A stretch of 64,000 nt of DNA from Deltaproteobacteria bacterium (GTDB lineage: Bacteria > SAR324 > NAC60-12). This document shows, in pieces, positions 28,577 through 36,835 of the stretch. Within the stretch, counting starts at the first letter, position 1. Each line of letters opens with the position of its first letter. The notes under the pieces were generated by a model. It was not told the origin of the DNA and ran no database searches. It saw only the letters and a program-made list of their open reading frames with translations. The stretch covers positions 2,870 to 66,869 of the forward strand of contig JAYOTF010000017.1 in assembly GCA_038150265.1 (NCBI GenBank), given 5' to 3'. Made by a program: the position numbers and the translations under genes.

Positions 28577-29737
28577 ATGTCCGCCAATTTGCCCAAACCC
28601 ACCTCCAGTTTTGATCCTCCTCCGCCCCAGCTTCCACCTGTTTACTGGGCGCCTCCGGAAGACGACACCATTGACTTGGTGGAGTTGTTCCAGACGCTCT
28701 GGCGCTGGAAAGGGCTGATCATTGCGCTGACGCTGCTTGGCGTCATTGGCAGCTATGGAGTCGTGCAGGTGCTTCCCAAGCAATACACGGCCGAGGTCAT
28801 TTACGTCGCTGGAGACGCGCAGTCTGCCAAAGACACCTTTCAGCTTCAAAACGAAATTCAGCGGGTGGCCGGGGATCCTCGCTTCCTCAAGGTACTCATT
28901 GAAGAAGAAGGCCTAGTTCCCTTGCTGATCCCTTCTGGACTGGACGCGTCCGGGCAATTCCTGGAGCCCTCTCCGATCACCCCACTTGAAGCCTCGGTGG
29001 AAGTCCTGCTGGATGAAAAATCAGACGTCATCGTCTTTGACGAGGATTCCCGCGGCAACCTCTTGCTCACCGTTACCCTCCCCGATGCCCAGAAAGCGGC
29101 AGACCTGGCGAATACCTTCCTTCAGCGGGCCGAGCAGTGGGCCATGACCTCCCTTTCAGGGCGGTACCAAAATGAGATCCGTTTGCTCGAAGCACAGGTT
29201 GAAAAGCAGAATCAGCAACGGGCCCAAAAGCTGGAAGAGATCCTTGCCTTTTTGCAAGAGCACCCGAATGTGGTGAACCAGGATTACACCAATCCGACTC
29301 TGATCAGCATGCAGGAACGTCTGGCAGAAATTAACGTCAACCTGGCGCTTGGCGACGGTAATCGAGCGACGCTGGAAGCCCAACGTGGACGACTCACGGC
29401 TCGGATTGCCGAGCTCCAGTTGGCACAGCACCAGGAGGCCCTTGATCAGCAAGAGTTTTTCCAGAAACAAAAGGATCTGGAATCAACGGTCGAGGTTGCC
29501 ATCGATGTGTCCAAGCAGCTGGAAGCCAAAAAATCCGAGCTTGTTTCCCGGCAGGCCCAAACGGTGGAACTGCTCAGTGTTGCCCGACCTCCGGAAGAGC
29601 CCTCCAGCCCCCGCTCCCGACTCATCATTGCCCTGGCTGCAGTGGTTGCGCTGTTTGGCAGCATCTTCCTCGTGTTCTTCATTGAGTTTGTCCAGAACCT
29701 CCGGAAATCGGCACAGGAACCCACAACCGCCGATTGA
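28577..29737 (+). CDS. Polysaccharide co-polymerase (Wzz/GumC-like chain-length determinant), no kinase domain
   Basis: N-terminal Wzz-type segment (IDLVELFQTLWRWKGLIIALTLLGVIGSY...YTAEV), a long coiled-coil periplasmic region, and a C-terminal TM preceded by PPEEPSSPRSRL. Confidence 0.75.
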   Translation: MSANLPKPTSSFDPPPPQLPPVYWAPPEDDTIDLVELFQTLWRWKGLIIALTLLGVIGSYGVVQVLPKQYTAEVIYVAGDAQSAKDTFQLQNEIQRVAGDPRFLKVLIEEEGLVPLLIPSGLDASGQFLEPSPITPLEASVEVLLDEKSDVIVFDEDSRGNLLLTVTLPDAQKAADLANTFLQRAEQWAMTSLSGRYQNEIRLLEAQVEKQNQQRAQKLEEILAFLQEHPNVVNQDYTNPTLISMQERLAEINVNLALGDGNRATLEAQRGRLTARIAELQLAQHQEALDQQEFFQKQKDLESTVEVAIDVSKQLEAKKSELVSRQAQTVELLSVARPPEEPSSPRSRLIIALAAVVALFGSIFLVFFIEFVQNLRKSAQEPTTAD

Positions 29738-29776
29738 CAGCGGCCCGCCGCTTTCCTGACCTGTAGGTGATCCGGC

Positions 29777-30352
29777 ATGCCCCCGGAACCAGCTTTGAAT
29801 TGGTATTCCCTGGCGCTGGAATACTCCCTCTACGGCTTCCTCCTCCTCCTCCTCATTGCGGTCGCTCTCGCCGTCGCCTTCTGGCGCTGGCTGACGGACG
29901 GCCCGAATCCGTTGGCTCTGGTGCCAGACCTTGATCCTCCCGAATCAGAGACCCTCCGGGAAATGGAGCGGCTTTTGGGCAGGGTCCGGCTTCACCTCCA
30001 GCAAGCTCCTCCGGAAGAACACGCCCCCCTGGAAGACGAGCAGGACCGACTCGCCCGCTGGTACACCGAATTTAAGGACGAATGGGAGACCGCCCGGGCG
30101 CCTTTTCAGGAAGCAGCCCAGCAACAGCGCGACTCCTGGCGCAGGCTCTTTGTGTACGTTGGGCAGCGTCCGTGGTGGAAGCGCCTCCGGGGCCGTAAGC
30201 ACGACACGGCCTATCAGGAGTTGCTCCAGCAGTACCTCAAACGCGAGCACCACACCCAGTCCCGGCGCCAAACCCTGCAGGCCTACGACCGCGTCTCCCT
30301 GCGCAACTTCCAAAGCAGCGCCCTCTTTCAGAAGCACGCCCAGCCCCGCTAA
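29777..30352 (+). CDS. Hypothetical single-pass membrane protein with helical, charged C-terminal domain
   Basis: ORF with a TM (LYGFLLLLLIAVALAVAFW) and coding-like codon usage. No family recognised. Confidence 0.45.
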   Translation: MPPEPALNWYSLALEYSLYGFLLLLLIAVALAVAFWRWLTDGPNPLALVPDLDPPESETLREMERLLGRVRLHLQQAPPEEHAPLEDEQDRLARWYTEFKDEWETARAPFQEAAQQQRDSWRRLFVYVGQRPWWKRLRGRKHDTAYQELLQQYLKREHHTQSRRQTLQAYDRVSLRNFQSSALFQKHAQPR

Positions 30353-31605
30353 CCCGCGTCTGGTGCGCCCGCCTGCCCTTCTTCAATCACTCCGGTCCCT
30401 CGCAAGTGAGCAAGCTCCGCTTCGCTCAGACCTAAATCAGCCTCAAGGACTTCTCGGGTATGTGCTCCCGCAAGAGGAGGCGCCCGCCGGTACTGAACCG
30501 GCGTCTCGGAAAACCGGATCGGGTTGCCGATCAAGGCAATGGGGTCCGGACTCAGCGGGTGATTCATCTCCTGACGCATCCCTCGGTGCTGAATTTGAGG
30601 ATCAGCAAAGACCTCCGGAACCGTATTCACGGGTCCCACCGGCACCCCAATCCGTGCAAGCCCATCCAGCCAATGTGACTTGGGCTCCTGCTGGGTGACC
30701 GCCTTCAGTTGTTCAATCAGCTCCTCTCGATTGCGGACCCGCTCCGGATTGGTCGCAAACCGAGGCTCGCTTGCCAGCTCCGGACAACCGGCAAAGGTGC
30801 AGAATTTCTGAAACTGCGAATCATTCCCCACCGCCAGGATGAAGTAGCCATCGCTCGCGGGAAACACCTGATACGGAACAATGTTGGCGTGCGCGTTCCC
30901 GTAGCGCTGAGGCGTGGCTCCGGAAGTGAGGTAGTTGAGTCCGACATTCACCAGCCACGCCGCTTGCGTGTCCAGCAATGCCAGGTCAATGTGCTGTCCG
31001 CCGCCACCTTGATCACGGTGCCGGATCGCGGCCAGGATCGCCGTGGACGCATACATCCCGCACATGACATCGGCGACTGCGACTCCCACCTTCACGGGCT
31101 CGCCCTCCGGTTCTCCAGTCAGGCTCATGATGCCGCCCATGCCCTGAATCATGAAGTCATACCCGGCTCGCTGGGCATAAGGTCCGGTCTGTCCAAATCC
31201 GGTGATTGAGCAATAGACCAGATCCGGATGCTCCGCATGCAGAGAGGCGTAGTCGAGGCCATACTTCTTCAGGCCTCCCACCTTGAAGTTCTCCACCAGC
31301 ACGTCACAGGTGCCCGCCAGCCGCCGAATCAGCGCCTGTCCTTCGGGATGCGCCAGATCAATCGCCACGGAGCGCTTGTTGCGGTTGGCACTGAGGTAAT
31401 ACGCGCTCTCCGAAGTATCGACTCCTGAAGCGTCTTTCAGGTACGGCGGGCCCCAGGTTCGGGTATCGTCTCCGGCGCCCGGCTTTTCGATCTTCAGGAC
31501 GTCGGCTCCCAGGTCTCCGAGGAGTTGTGTACACACCGGCCCAGCCAAAATTCGGCTCAAGTCCAGCACCCTCAGTCCGGCCAATGGTCCTGCTGCTTCC
31601 GTCAT
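30349..31605 (-). CDS. Family III CoA-transferase (CaiB/BaiF)
   Basis: LAGLRVLDLSRILAGPVCTQLLGDLGADVLKIEKP.GDDTR signature. I use the internal ATG 31605, because the 87-aa N-terminal extension of the track ORF looks non-coding. Confidence 0.9.
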   Translation of the reverse strand: MTEAAGPLAGLRVLDLSRILAGPVCTQLLGDLGADVLKIEKPGAGDDTRTWGPPYLKDASGVDTSESAYYLSANRNKRSVAIDLAHPEGQALIRRLAGTCDVLVENFKVGGLKKYGLDYASLHAEHPDLVYCSITGFGQTGPYAQRAGYDFMIQGMGGIMSLTGEPEGEPVKVGVAVADVMCGMYASTAILAAIRHRDQGGGGQHIDLALLDTQAAWLVNVGLNYLTSGATPQRYGNAHANIVPYQVFPASDGYFILAVGNDSQFQKFCTFAGCPELASEPRFATNPERVRNREELIEQLKAVTQQEPKSHWLDGLARIGVPVGPVNTVPEVFADPQIQHRGMRQEMNHPLSPDPIALIGNPIRFSETPVQYRRAPPLAGAHTREVLEADLGLSEAELAHLRGTGVIEEGQAGAPDAG

Positions 31606-31801
31606 GTTAGTGGTTTGATCTTGGGTTGGGGGAAGGAACCGCCTCTCCGGCCCCTGGGGACCGGCACCAGCTCGGTTCCGGAACAAGTACTTGGCCCTCA
31701 AGTGTAAGCCGATTCCTGACAGAATGCGACTGAGATCCCACTTCCTCCCCAGCCACCTCCCAGCGAATCGTCCCAAACTTGACCCTCCGGGATTGCGAAG
31801 C

Positions 31802-31829
31802 TTGACAAGCATCAGAAGCGCGCTAAGTT
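31802..31829 (+). promoter_or_regulatory. Candidate sigma70-type promoter for the TRAP operon (TTGACA-16 nt-TAAGTT)
   Basis: Read directly. It lies about 80 nt upstream of dctP, which also has an AGGAGA Shine-Dalgarno before ATG 31908. Confidence 0.3.
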
Positions 31830-31907
31830 GGATCACAGCGTTGAACAGATTGACGACCGGCTTCACGGGGAAGCCCAGCTGTTCACATCTACGACTCAGG
31901 AGAGAAC

Positions 31908-33005
31908 ATGAACCGACGAAAATTCCTCAAGAACAGTGCGGTTGCTGGGGGCGCTGCAACCGTTGCAGCCTCCAATTTTCCGGCCCCGGCATTTGCTCAA
32001 AAGCGCATGGACGTGGTGATGGTTTCCACGTGGGGACGTGACTTCCCGGGGCTGGGAACCGGCGCCCAGCGTTTTGCCAAGCGCCTGACCGACATGACCG
32101 ACGGTCGCATCAACGTCCAGTACTTTGCCGCTGGCGAGCGGGTGGGTGCGTTTGACTCCTTCGATGAAGTCGCCTCCGGAAACGCCCAGATGTACCACGG
32201 CGCCGAGTACTACTGGGTGGGCAAGCATCCGGCCTGGGGTTACTTCACCGCAGTGCCGTTCGGCCTGACCTGCTCCGAAATCAATGCCTGGATCCGCTTC
32301 GGAGGAGGCCAGGAGCTGTGGGACGAACTCGCGGGCAACTTTGGCCTCAAGAGCCTTCCGTGTGGCAACACCGGCGTGCAGATGGGAGGCTGGTTCCGTA
32401 AGGAAATCAATTCTCCAGACGACCTCAAGGGCCTGAAGATGCGGATTCCGGGGCTGGGTGGAAACGTGATGACCAAGCTGGGAGTCTCAACGGTGTCTCT
32501 CCCCGGTGGCCAGATTTACGAAAACCTCATCTCCGGAGCCATTGATGCCACCGAGTGGGTGGGCCCCTGGAACGACGCCTACCTCAAGTTCTACGAAGCA
32601 GCGAAGTACTACTACTACCCAGGCATGCACGAGCCTGGATCGATGCTCGCCCTTGGCATGAACAAGTCCTGGTGGGAAGGCCTGTCTCGGTCTGACCAGA
32701 TGATCATTGAAGCCGCTGCGTCAACGGAAAATGACGTCATGATGTCTGAGTACAATGCCAAGAACGGCGCGTCGCTGGCCAAGCTCATCAACGAGCAGGG
32801 CGTGCAGCTCAAGCAGTTCAACGATGACGTCTATGACGCCTTTGGAGAGGCCTCTGAAGAGGTGTTTGAGGAGACCCGGGCCCACAGCGAGCTGGCCAAT
32901 CGGGTCCATGAAAGCTTCCTGACCGCCCGTCGCGAAGTGGGAGGATGGGTGAAGATTTCCGACCAGGCCTATGTGGCCCAACGGAACCGGGTGCTGGGCG
33001 TCTGA
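31908..33005 (+). CDS. TRAP transporter substrate-binding protein, COG4663 (FcbT1-like) type, Tat signal
   Basis: MNRRKFLKNSAVAGGAATVAA Tat-like leader. YHGAEYYW.GK.PA, AVPFGL and GNTGVQMGGWFRKEI are characteristic of this DctP subfamily. Confidence 0.9.
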   Translation: MNRRKFLKNSAVAGGAATVAASNFPAPAFAQKRMDVVMVSTWGRDFPGLGTGAQRFAKRLTDMTDGRINVQYFAAGERVGAFDSFDEVASGNAQMYHGAEYYWVGKHPAWGYFTAVPFGLTCSEINAWIRFGGGQELWDELAGNFGLKSLPCGNTGVQMGGWFRKEINSPDDLKGLKMRIPGLGGNVMTKLGVSTVSLPGGQIYENLISGAIDATEWVGPWNDAYLKFYEAAKYYYYPGMHEPGSMLALGMNKSWWEGLSRSDQMIIEAAASTENDVMMSEYNAKNGASLAKLINEQGVQLKQFNDDVYDAFGEASEEVFEETRAHSELANRVHESFLTARREVGGWVKISDQAYVAQRNRVLGV

Positions 33006-33041
33006 CCTTCCTCGAAGGTTGACCTGCTGACCCACCAACAC

Positions 33042-33065
33042 GCTCCTGCCTGCTCTGGCAGGAGC
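33042..33065 (+). other. Intercistronic stem-loop between the TRAP binding-protein and small-permease genes
   Basis: gctcctgcc-tgctct-ggcaggagc (9-bp perfect stem, 6-nt loop) read directly. No U-tract follows. Confidence 0.4.
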
Positions 33066-33115
33066 ACCGTCCCGAGGCTCCGCCCCCCGGGCTTCACCTC
33101 AGCTCCTGACGACCG

Positions 33116-34141
33116 ATGACCCCTGCAGCGCGTAACCGACGCGTCCGCATTGCTTCGCGAATCTTCGCGTTTGGGTGCACTGCGTTCGCTTTCTACTTCC
33201 TCTTCAACAACTACCTCATCTTCTGGCAAGACTGGCCGGGCGTGGTGGACTTCCTGCACCACCACGAGTGGCTGGGCTTTGAGGCCCTGAACCGTCCCCT
33301 TTCTGAAGACGCCCTGCTGTTCGGCTGGATCCAGTTGCTGGTCCTCTTCCTGGTCGCTTTGGGCGTCATCCTCTTTTCTCTCCAAAACGCCAACGCTCCC
33401 CTCCGGAATGATGCGGAACGCCTCAGCTCACTCGCCGCTTACATCTGCCGAGCCTGCTTCTGGGCCATCTTCCTGGTCGGGTTTGTTGACGTCACCATTT
33501 CCTTTCTCCGAGTCGAAGGAGGGCTGGAGGTTCTCTTTGGCGATGAAACCGCCCTCAATTTGGGGCGCTCCATCTTCCGAGGAACCTATGTTCACTACCC
33601 GTTGGTCATCTTGGGGTTTGTGCTGGCTCGGTTCACCAAAGGCCTCGGGTTCACCTGGCTGACCCTGATGGTCGTGGTGGCAGAATTCCTGATCGTCATC
33701 TCCCGTTTTGTCTTCTCTTACGAGCAGGCCTTCATGGGAGATCTGGTCCGGATGTGGTACGCCGGGCTGTTCCTCTTCGCCAGTGCCGACACCCTCATCA
33801 CCGAAGGACACGTCCGAGTGGACGTCTTCTACACCAACTTCCCCGGCCCGCGCAAGGCCCTCTCCAACGCGGTGGGCTCCGTGGTGCTGGGACTCCCCCT
33901 CTGCTGGGTCATCCTGACCATTGGCATGTGGGACCGAGGCAGCAGCATCAACAGTCCGCTCCGGAGCTTTGAGGTCTCCCAGCAAGGCTTTGGGATGTAC
34001 ATCAAGTACCTGATGGTCGCCTACCTTGCCGTCTTTGCCCTGACCATGCTGATCCAATTCTGCAGCTACTTCCTGCACAGCATGGCCGACCTGCAAGAAG
34101 AACCGGGCAGCCTCTTCGACACCGCGCACGCCGCCCACTGA
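33116..34141 (+). CDS. TRAP transporter small permease (DctQ-like), N-terminally extended (341 aa)
   Basis: The DctQ hallmark EGHVRVDVFY lies about 235 aa into the protein, with extra TM segments upstream. Positioned between the dctP-like and dctM-like genes. Confidence 0.7.
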   Translation: MTPAARNRRVRIASRIFAFGCTAFAFYFLFNNYLIFWQDWPGVVDFLHHHEWLGFEALNRPLSEDALLFGWIQLLVLFLVALGVILFSLQNANAPLRNDAERLSSLAAYICRACFWAIFLVGFVDVTISFLRVEGGLEVLFGDETALNLGRSIFRGTYVHYPLVILGFVLARFTKGLGFTWLTLMVVVAEFLIVISRFVFSYEQAFMGDLVRMWYAGLFLFASADTLITEGHVRVDVFYTNFPGPRKALSNAVGSVVLGLPLCWVILTIGMWDRGSSINSPLRSFEVSQQGFGMYIKYLMVAYLAVFALTMLIQFCSYFLHSMADLQEEPGSLFDTAHAAH

Positions 34142-34162
34142 CCTCAGCCCTCGGACCGCTTT

Positions 34163-36829
34163 ATGGACTCCTTTTTCCTGCTCTTACTCGTCTTCCTGAT
34201 GGGGGCGGCGCTCATCTCGGGATTCCCCGTCGCCTTCTCGCTGCCGGGCTCTGCCATCCTGACCATTGGCATCGCCGCTGCCTCCGGGTACATCTTCGCC
34301 GGAGACCCGTCGGCCTACTTCTCTCAGGATGGCCCGCTGCAGTGGCTCAGTTCCGGGGTCACCAACTTCCGGAGCGTGTACTGGGAGGTCGATCGGGACA
34401 CCCTCATTGCCATCCCCCTGTTCGTCTTCATGGGGATCATGCTCCAGCGGTCGCGCATTGCGGAAGACCTGCTGGTCGCCATGGCCCAGCTCTTTGGTCC
34501 CATTCCAGGCGGCCTGGGCATCTCGGTTGTCTTCGTCGGGGCGCTGTTGGCAGCCACCACCGGAATCGTGGGCGCCACCGTGATTGCCATGGGCATGATC
34601 TCTCTGCCGGCCATGCTCCGGCACAATTACGACAAGTCCCTTGCCACCGGAACCATCTGTGCGTCCGGAACCCTTGGGCAGATCATTCCCCCGTCGATTG
34701 TCCTCATCATCCTGGCTGACCAGCTCTCAAACGCGGCAGATGTGGCCAACAACATGCGCCGGGCCGACTACCGCGTTGCGACCGGGCAGGGCATGATGCC
34801 CAGCGAGTTTGATGTGGTCTCCGCCAGTGCCGGAGACATGTTTGTCGGCGCGTTCATTCCGGGCATGGTGCTGGTGGGACTGTACATGCTGTACATCCTC
34901 ATCAATGCCCTGCTGAAGCCCGAGTCGGCACCGCCGGTTCCGCATGATGGCAAGTACGACCTCAACTTCTTCTTTCAGGTCTTCCTCGCCCTGATTCCGC
35001 CCCTGGCGCTCATCTTTGTCGTCCTGGGTTCCATCATTCTGGGAATTGCCACGGTCAACCAGGCGGGTGCAATTGGGGCCATCGGCGCCCTCGTCATGGG
35101 AAGCTACCGCCTGGCTGAGGGAAAGCGACACGCCTACACTCCGGCGCTCATCACCCTTGCCTCCACCGTGGTCCTTGCCGTCGTCCTGACCGTTGTCCCC
35201 CTCAACATCAAGAACATCACCAGCTCTGCAGAATCCACCGGACTGATCATCGCGTCCCTCGCATCCGTGTGCATGATGGTCGGGGTCACCTGGAGCATCT
35301 GGCGCGCTCACACCATCAACAACACCCTGCAGGGCGTGATGGTTGAAACCGCCAAGACGACCTCCATGGTCTTCATCATCCTCCTCGGCGCGGCCATGCT
35401 GACCGCCGCCTTCCGGGGGTTCGGAGGCGAGCACCTCGTCAAGGAGTTCCTGACCAGCCTTCCGGGCGGATTCTGGACCCAGTTCCTGGTCGTCATGCTC
35501 GTGATCTTTGTGCTGGGCTTCTTCATCGACTTCATTGAAATTTCCGTGGTCGTGGTCCCAATTGTCGCGCCGATCCTGCTTTCGGATCCGGGCGCCAACA
35601 TCACCGCCGTCTGGCTCGGGGTGATGCTCGGCCTGAACCTCCAGACGTCGTTCCTGACACCGCCCTTTGGCTTTGCCCTCTTCTACCTGCGTGGGGTCGC
35701 TCCACCGGAGGTCAAAACGACACACATCTACAAAGGGGCCATCGCCTTCATCATGCTCCAGCTGCTCGGCATGATGATTGTCGCGTACCTGCCCCCTCTC
35801 GTGAACTACCTCCCGAACCGGACGTACCTGACTTCCGACAACGCGCCCCCGCCAGTCAACCCCAAGATTCAGGAGTGTCTGGAGGAAAACCTCTTCCCGC
35901 TTTATGAAACGGAACAGCCCCGCCTCAATGAAGCCGTTGCCACCTTCCGGCAAAGCAACCTGGGCGGACTGCCCGACAGCTACCAATCGAAGCTCGAAGG
36001 CTCCCTGAAGCTCGTGCCGACGATCGCAGACAAGGTCGCAGCCGTTCGTCAGGCCGAAGCCAACCTCGCCGCCTTTGCCGAAGGTTATGCGCCTCTGCAT
36101 TACCGGGTTCGGGACATTGAGCAGGACATCCAGAAGCACGATGCCGACATCAAGGCCTTTGAACAGGCCATTCAGCGCCTGAAGTTCTCCGAAGCCCCAG
36201 ACGCTCCTGCCCGGATGAAGCAGTTTGAGCAGGATATTGAGCGGCTCCAGGAAGAGAAAGCCACCCTGGCGACCACCATTCCCAGCGAATGGAAGGAACA
36301 GCGGGCCCAGTTTGAGAAGCTGGCCAAGGAGGAAAAAATGGCCCGGCTGCTGTACCGCCGCAGCGTGGATGACGCCTACCAGCCCCTCCTCGATGTTGAA
36401 GAGGTCCTCCAGCAAACGGCGGCGCTCGAGCAACTGGAGCCGACGCTGCAAGGCCTCCGTAGCGTGATTGAGACCGCACCCAACGATGACGTCATGGAGC
36501 GCATCAAGGAGGCAGAAGGCGCCTTTAGCGACCTCTCTGGCGTGAGCAAGATCAAGTCTCCGCTGTCCAAGGCGCGGCGGCTCTTCAAGAAGGATGACGT
36601 GGACCGCAACGAGGCCCTCGCGCTTCTCGACGACAGCCTCAGCGAGTTCCGGGCAGAAGTGACCTGGCGGAAGCAGGCCCAGGCCGAGGTCCTCCCGGCC
36701 CTGCTGGCCTATGACGATGCGCTCAAGCCCACCGTTGGGGTCCGGCTCCAGCCCCGCTTGTCACTGGAGCTGGCCAAGGACATCTCGGTCTGCAAATCGT
36801 CCCACCGGGACATCTCGCTCTACTTTTAG
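34163..36829 (+). CDS. TRAP transporter large permease (DctM-like) fused to a ~340-aa helical/coiled-coil C-terminal domain
   Basis: The first ~545 aa are polytopic DctM-like (GFPVAFSLPG..., LFVFMG, TGIVGATV, GTLGQIIPPS, FLTPPFGFALFYLRGV). The rest is E/K/Q/L/A-rich and soluble. A single uninterrupted 888-aa ORF. Confidence 0.85.
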   Translation: MDSFFLLLLVFLMGAALISGFPVAFSLPGSAILTIGIAAASGYIFAGDPSAYFSQDGPLQWLSSGVTNFRSVYWEVDRDTLIAIPLFVFMGIMLQRSRIAEDLLVAMAQLFGPIPGGLGISVVFVGALLAATTGIVGATVIAMGMISLPAMLRHNYDKSLATGTICASGTLGQIIPPSIVLIILADQLSNAADVANNMRRADYRVATGQGMMPSEFDVVSASAGDMFVGAFIPGMVLVGLYMLYILINALLKPESAPPVPHDGKYDLNFFFQVFLALIPPLALIFVVLGSIILGIATVNQAGAIGAIGALVMGSYRLAEGKRHAYTPALITLASTVVLAVVLTVVPLNIKNITSSAESTGLIIASLASVCMMVGVTWSIWRAHTINNTLQGVMVETAKTTSMVFIILLGAAMLTAAFRGFGGEHLVKEFLTSLPGGFWTQFLVVMLVIFVLGFFIDFIEISVVVVPIVAPILLSDPGANITAVWLGVMLGLNLQTSFLTPPFGFALFYLRGVAPPEVKTTHIYKGAIAFIMLQLLGMMIVAYLPPLVNYLPNRTYLTSDNAPPPVNPKIQECLEENLFPLYETEQPRLNEAVATFRQSNLGGLPDSYQSKLEGSLKLVPTIADKVAAVRQAEANLAAFAEGYAPLHYRVRDIEQDIQKHDADIKAFEQAIQRLKFSEAPDAPARMKQFEQDIERLQEEKATLATTIPSEWKEQRAQFEKLAKEEKMARLLYRRSVDDAYQPLLDVEEVLQQTAALEQLEPTLQGLRSVIETAPNDDVMERIKEAEGAFSDLSGVSKIKSPLSKARRLFKKDDVDRNEALALLDDSLSEFRAEVTWRKQAQAEVLPALLAYDDALKPTVGVRLQPRLSLELAKDISVCKSSHRDISLYF

Positions 36830-36835
36830 GCCTCC

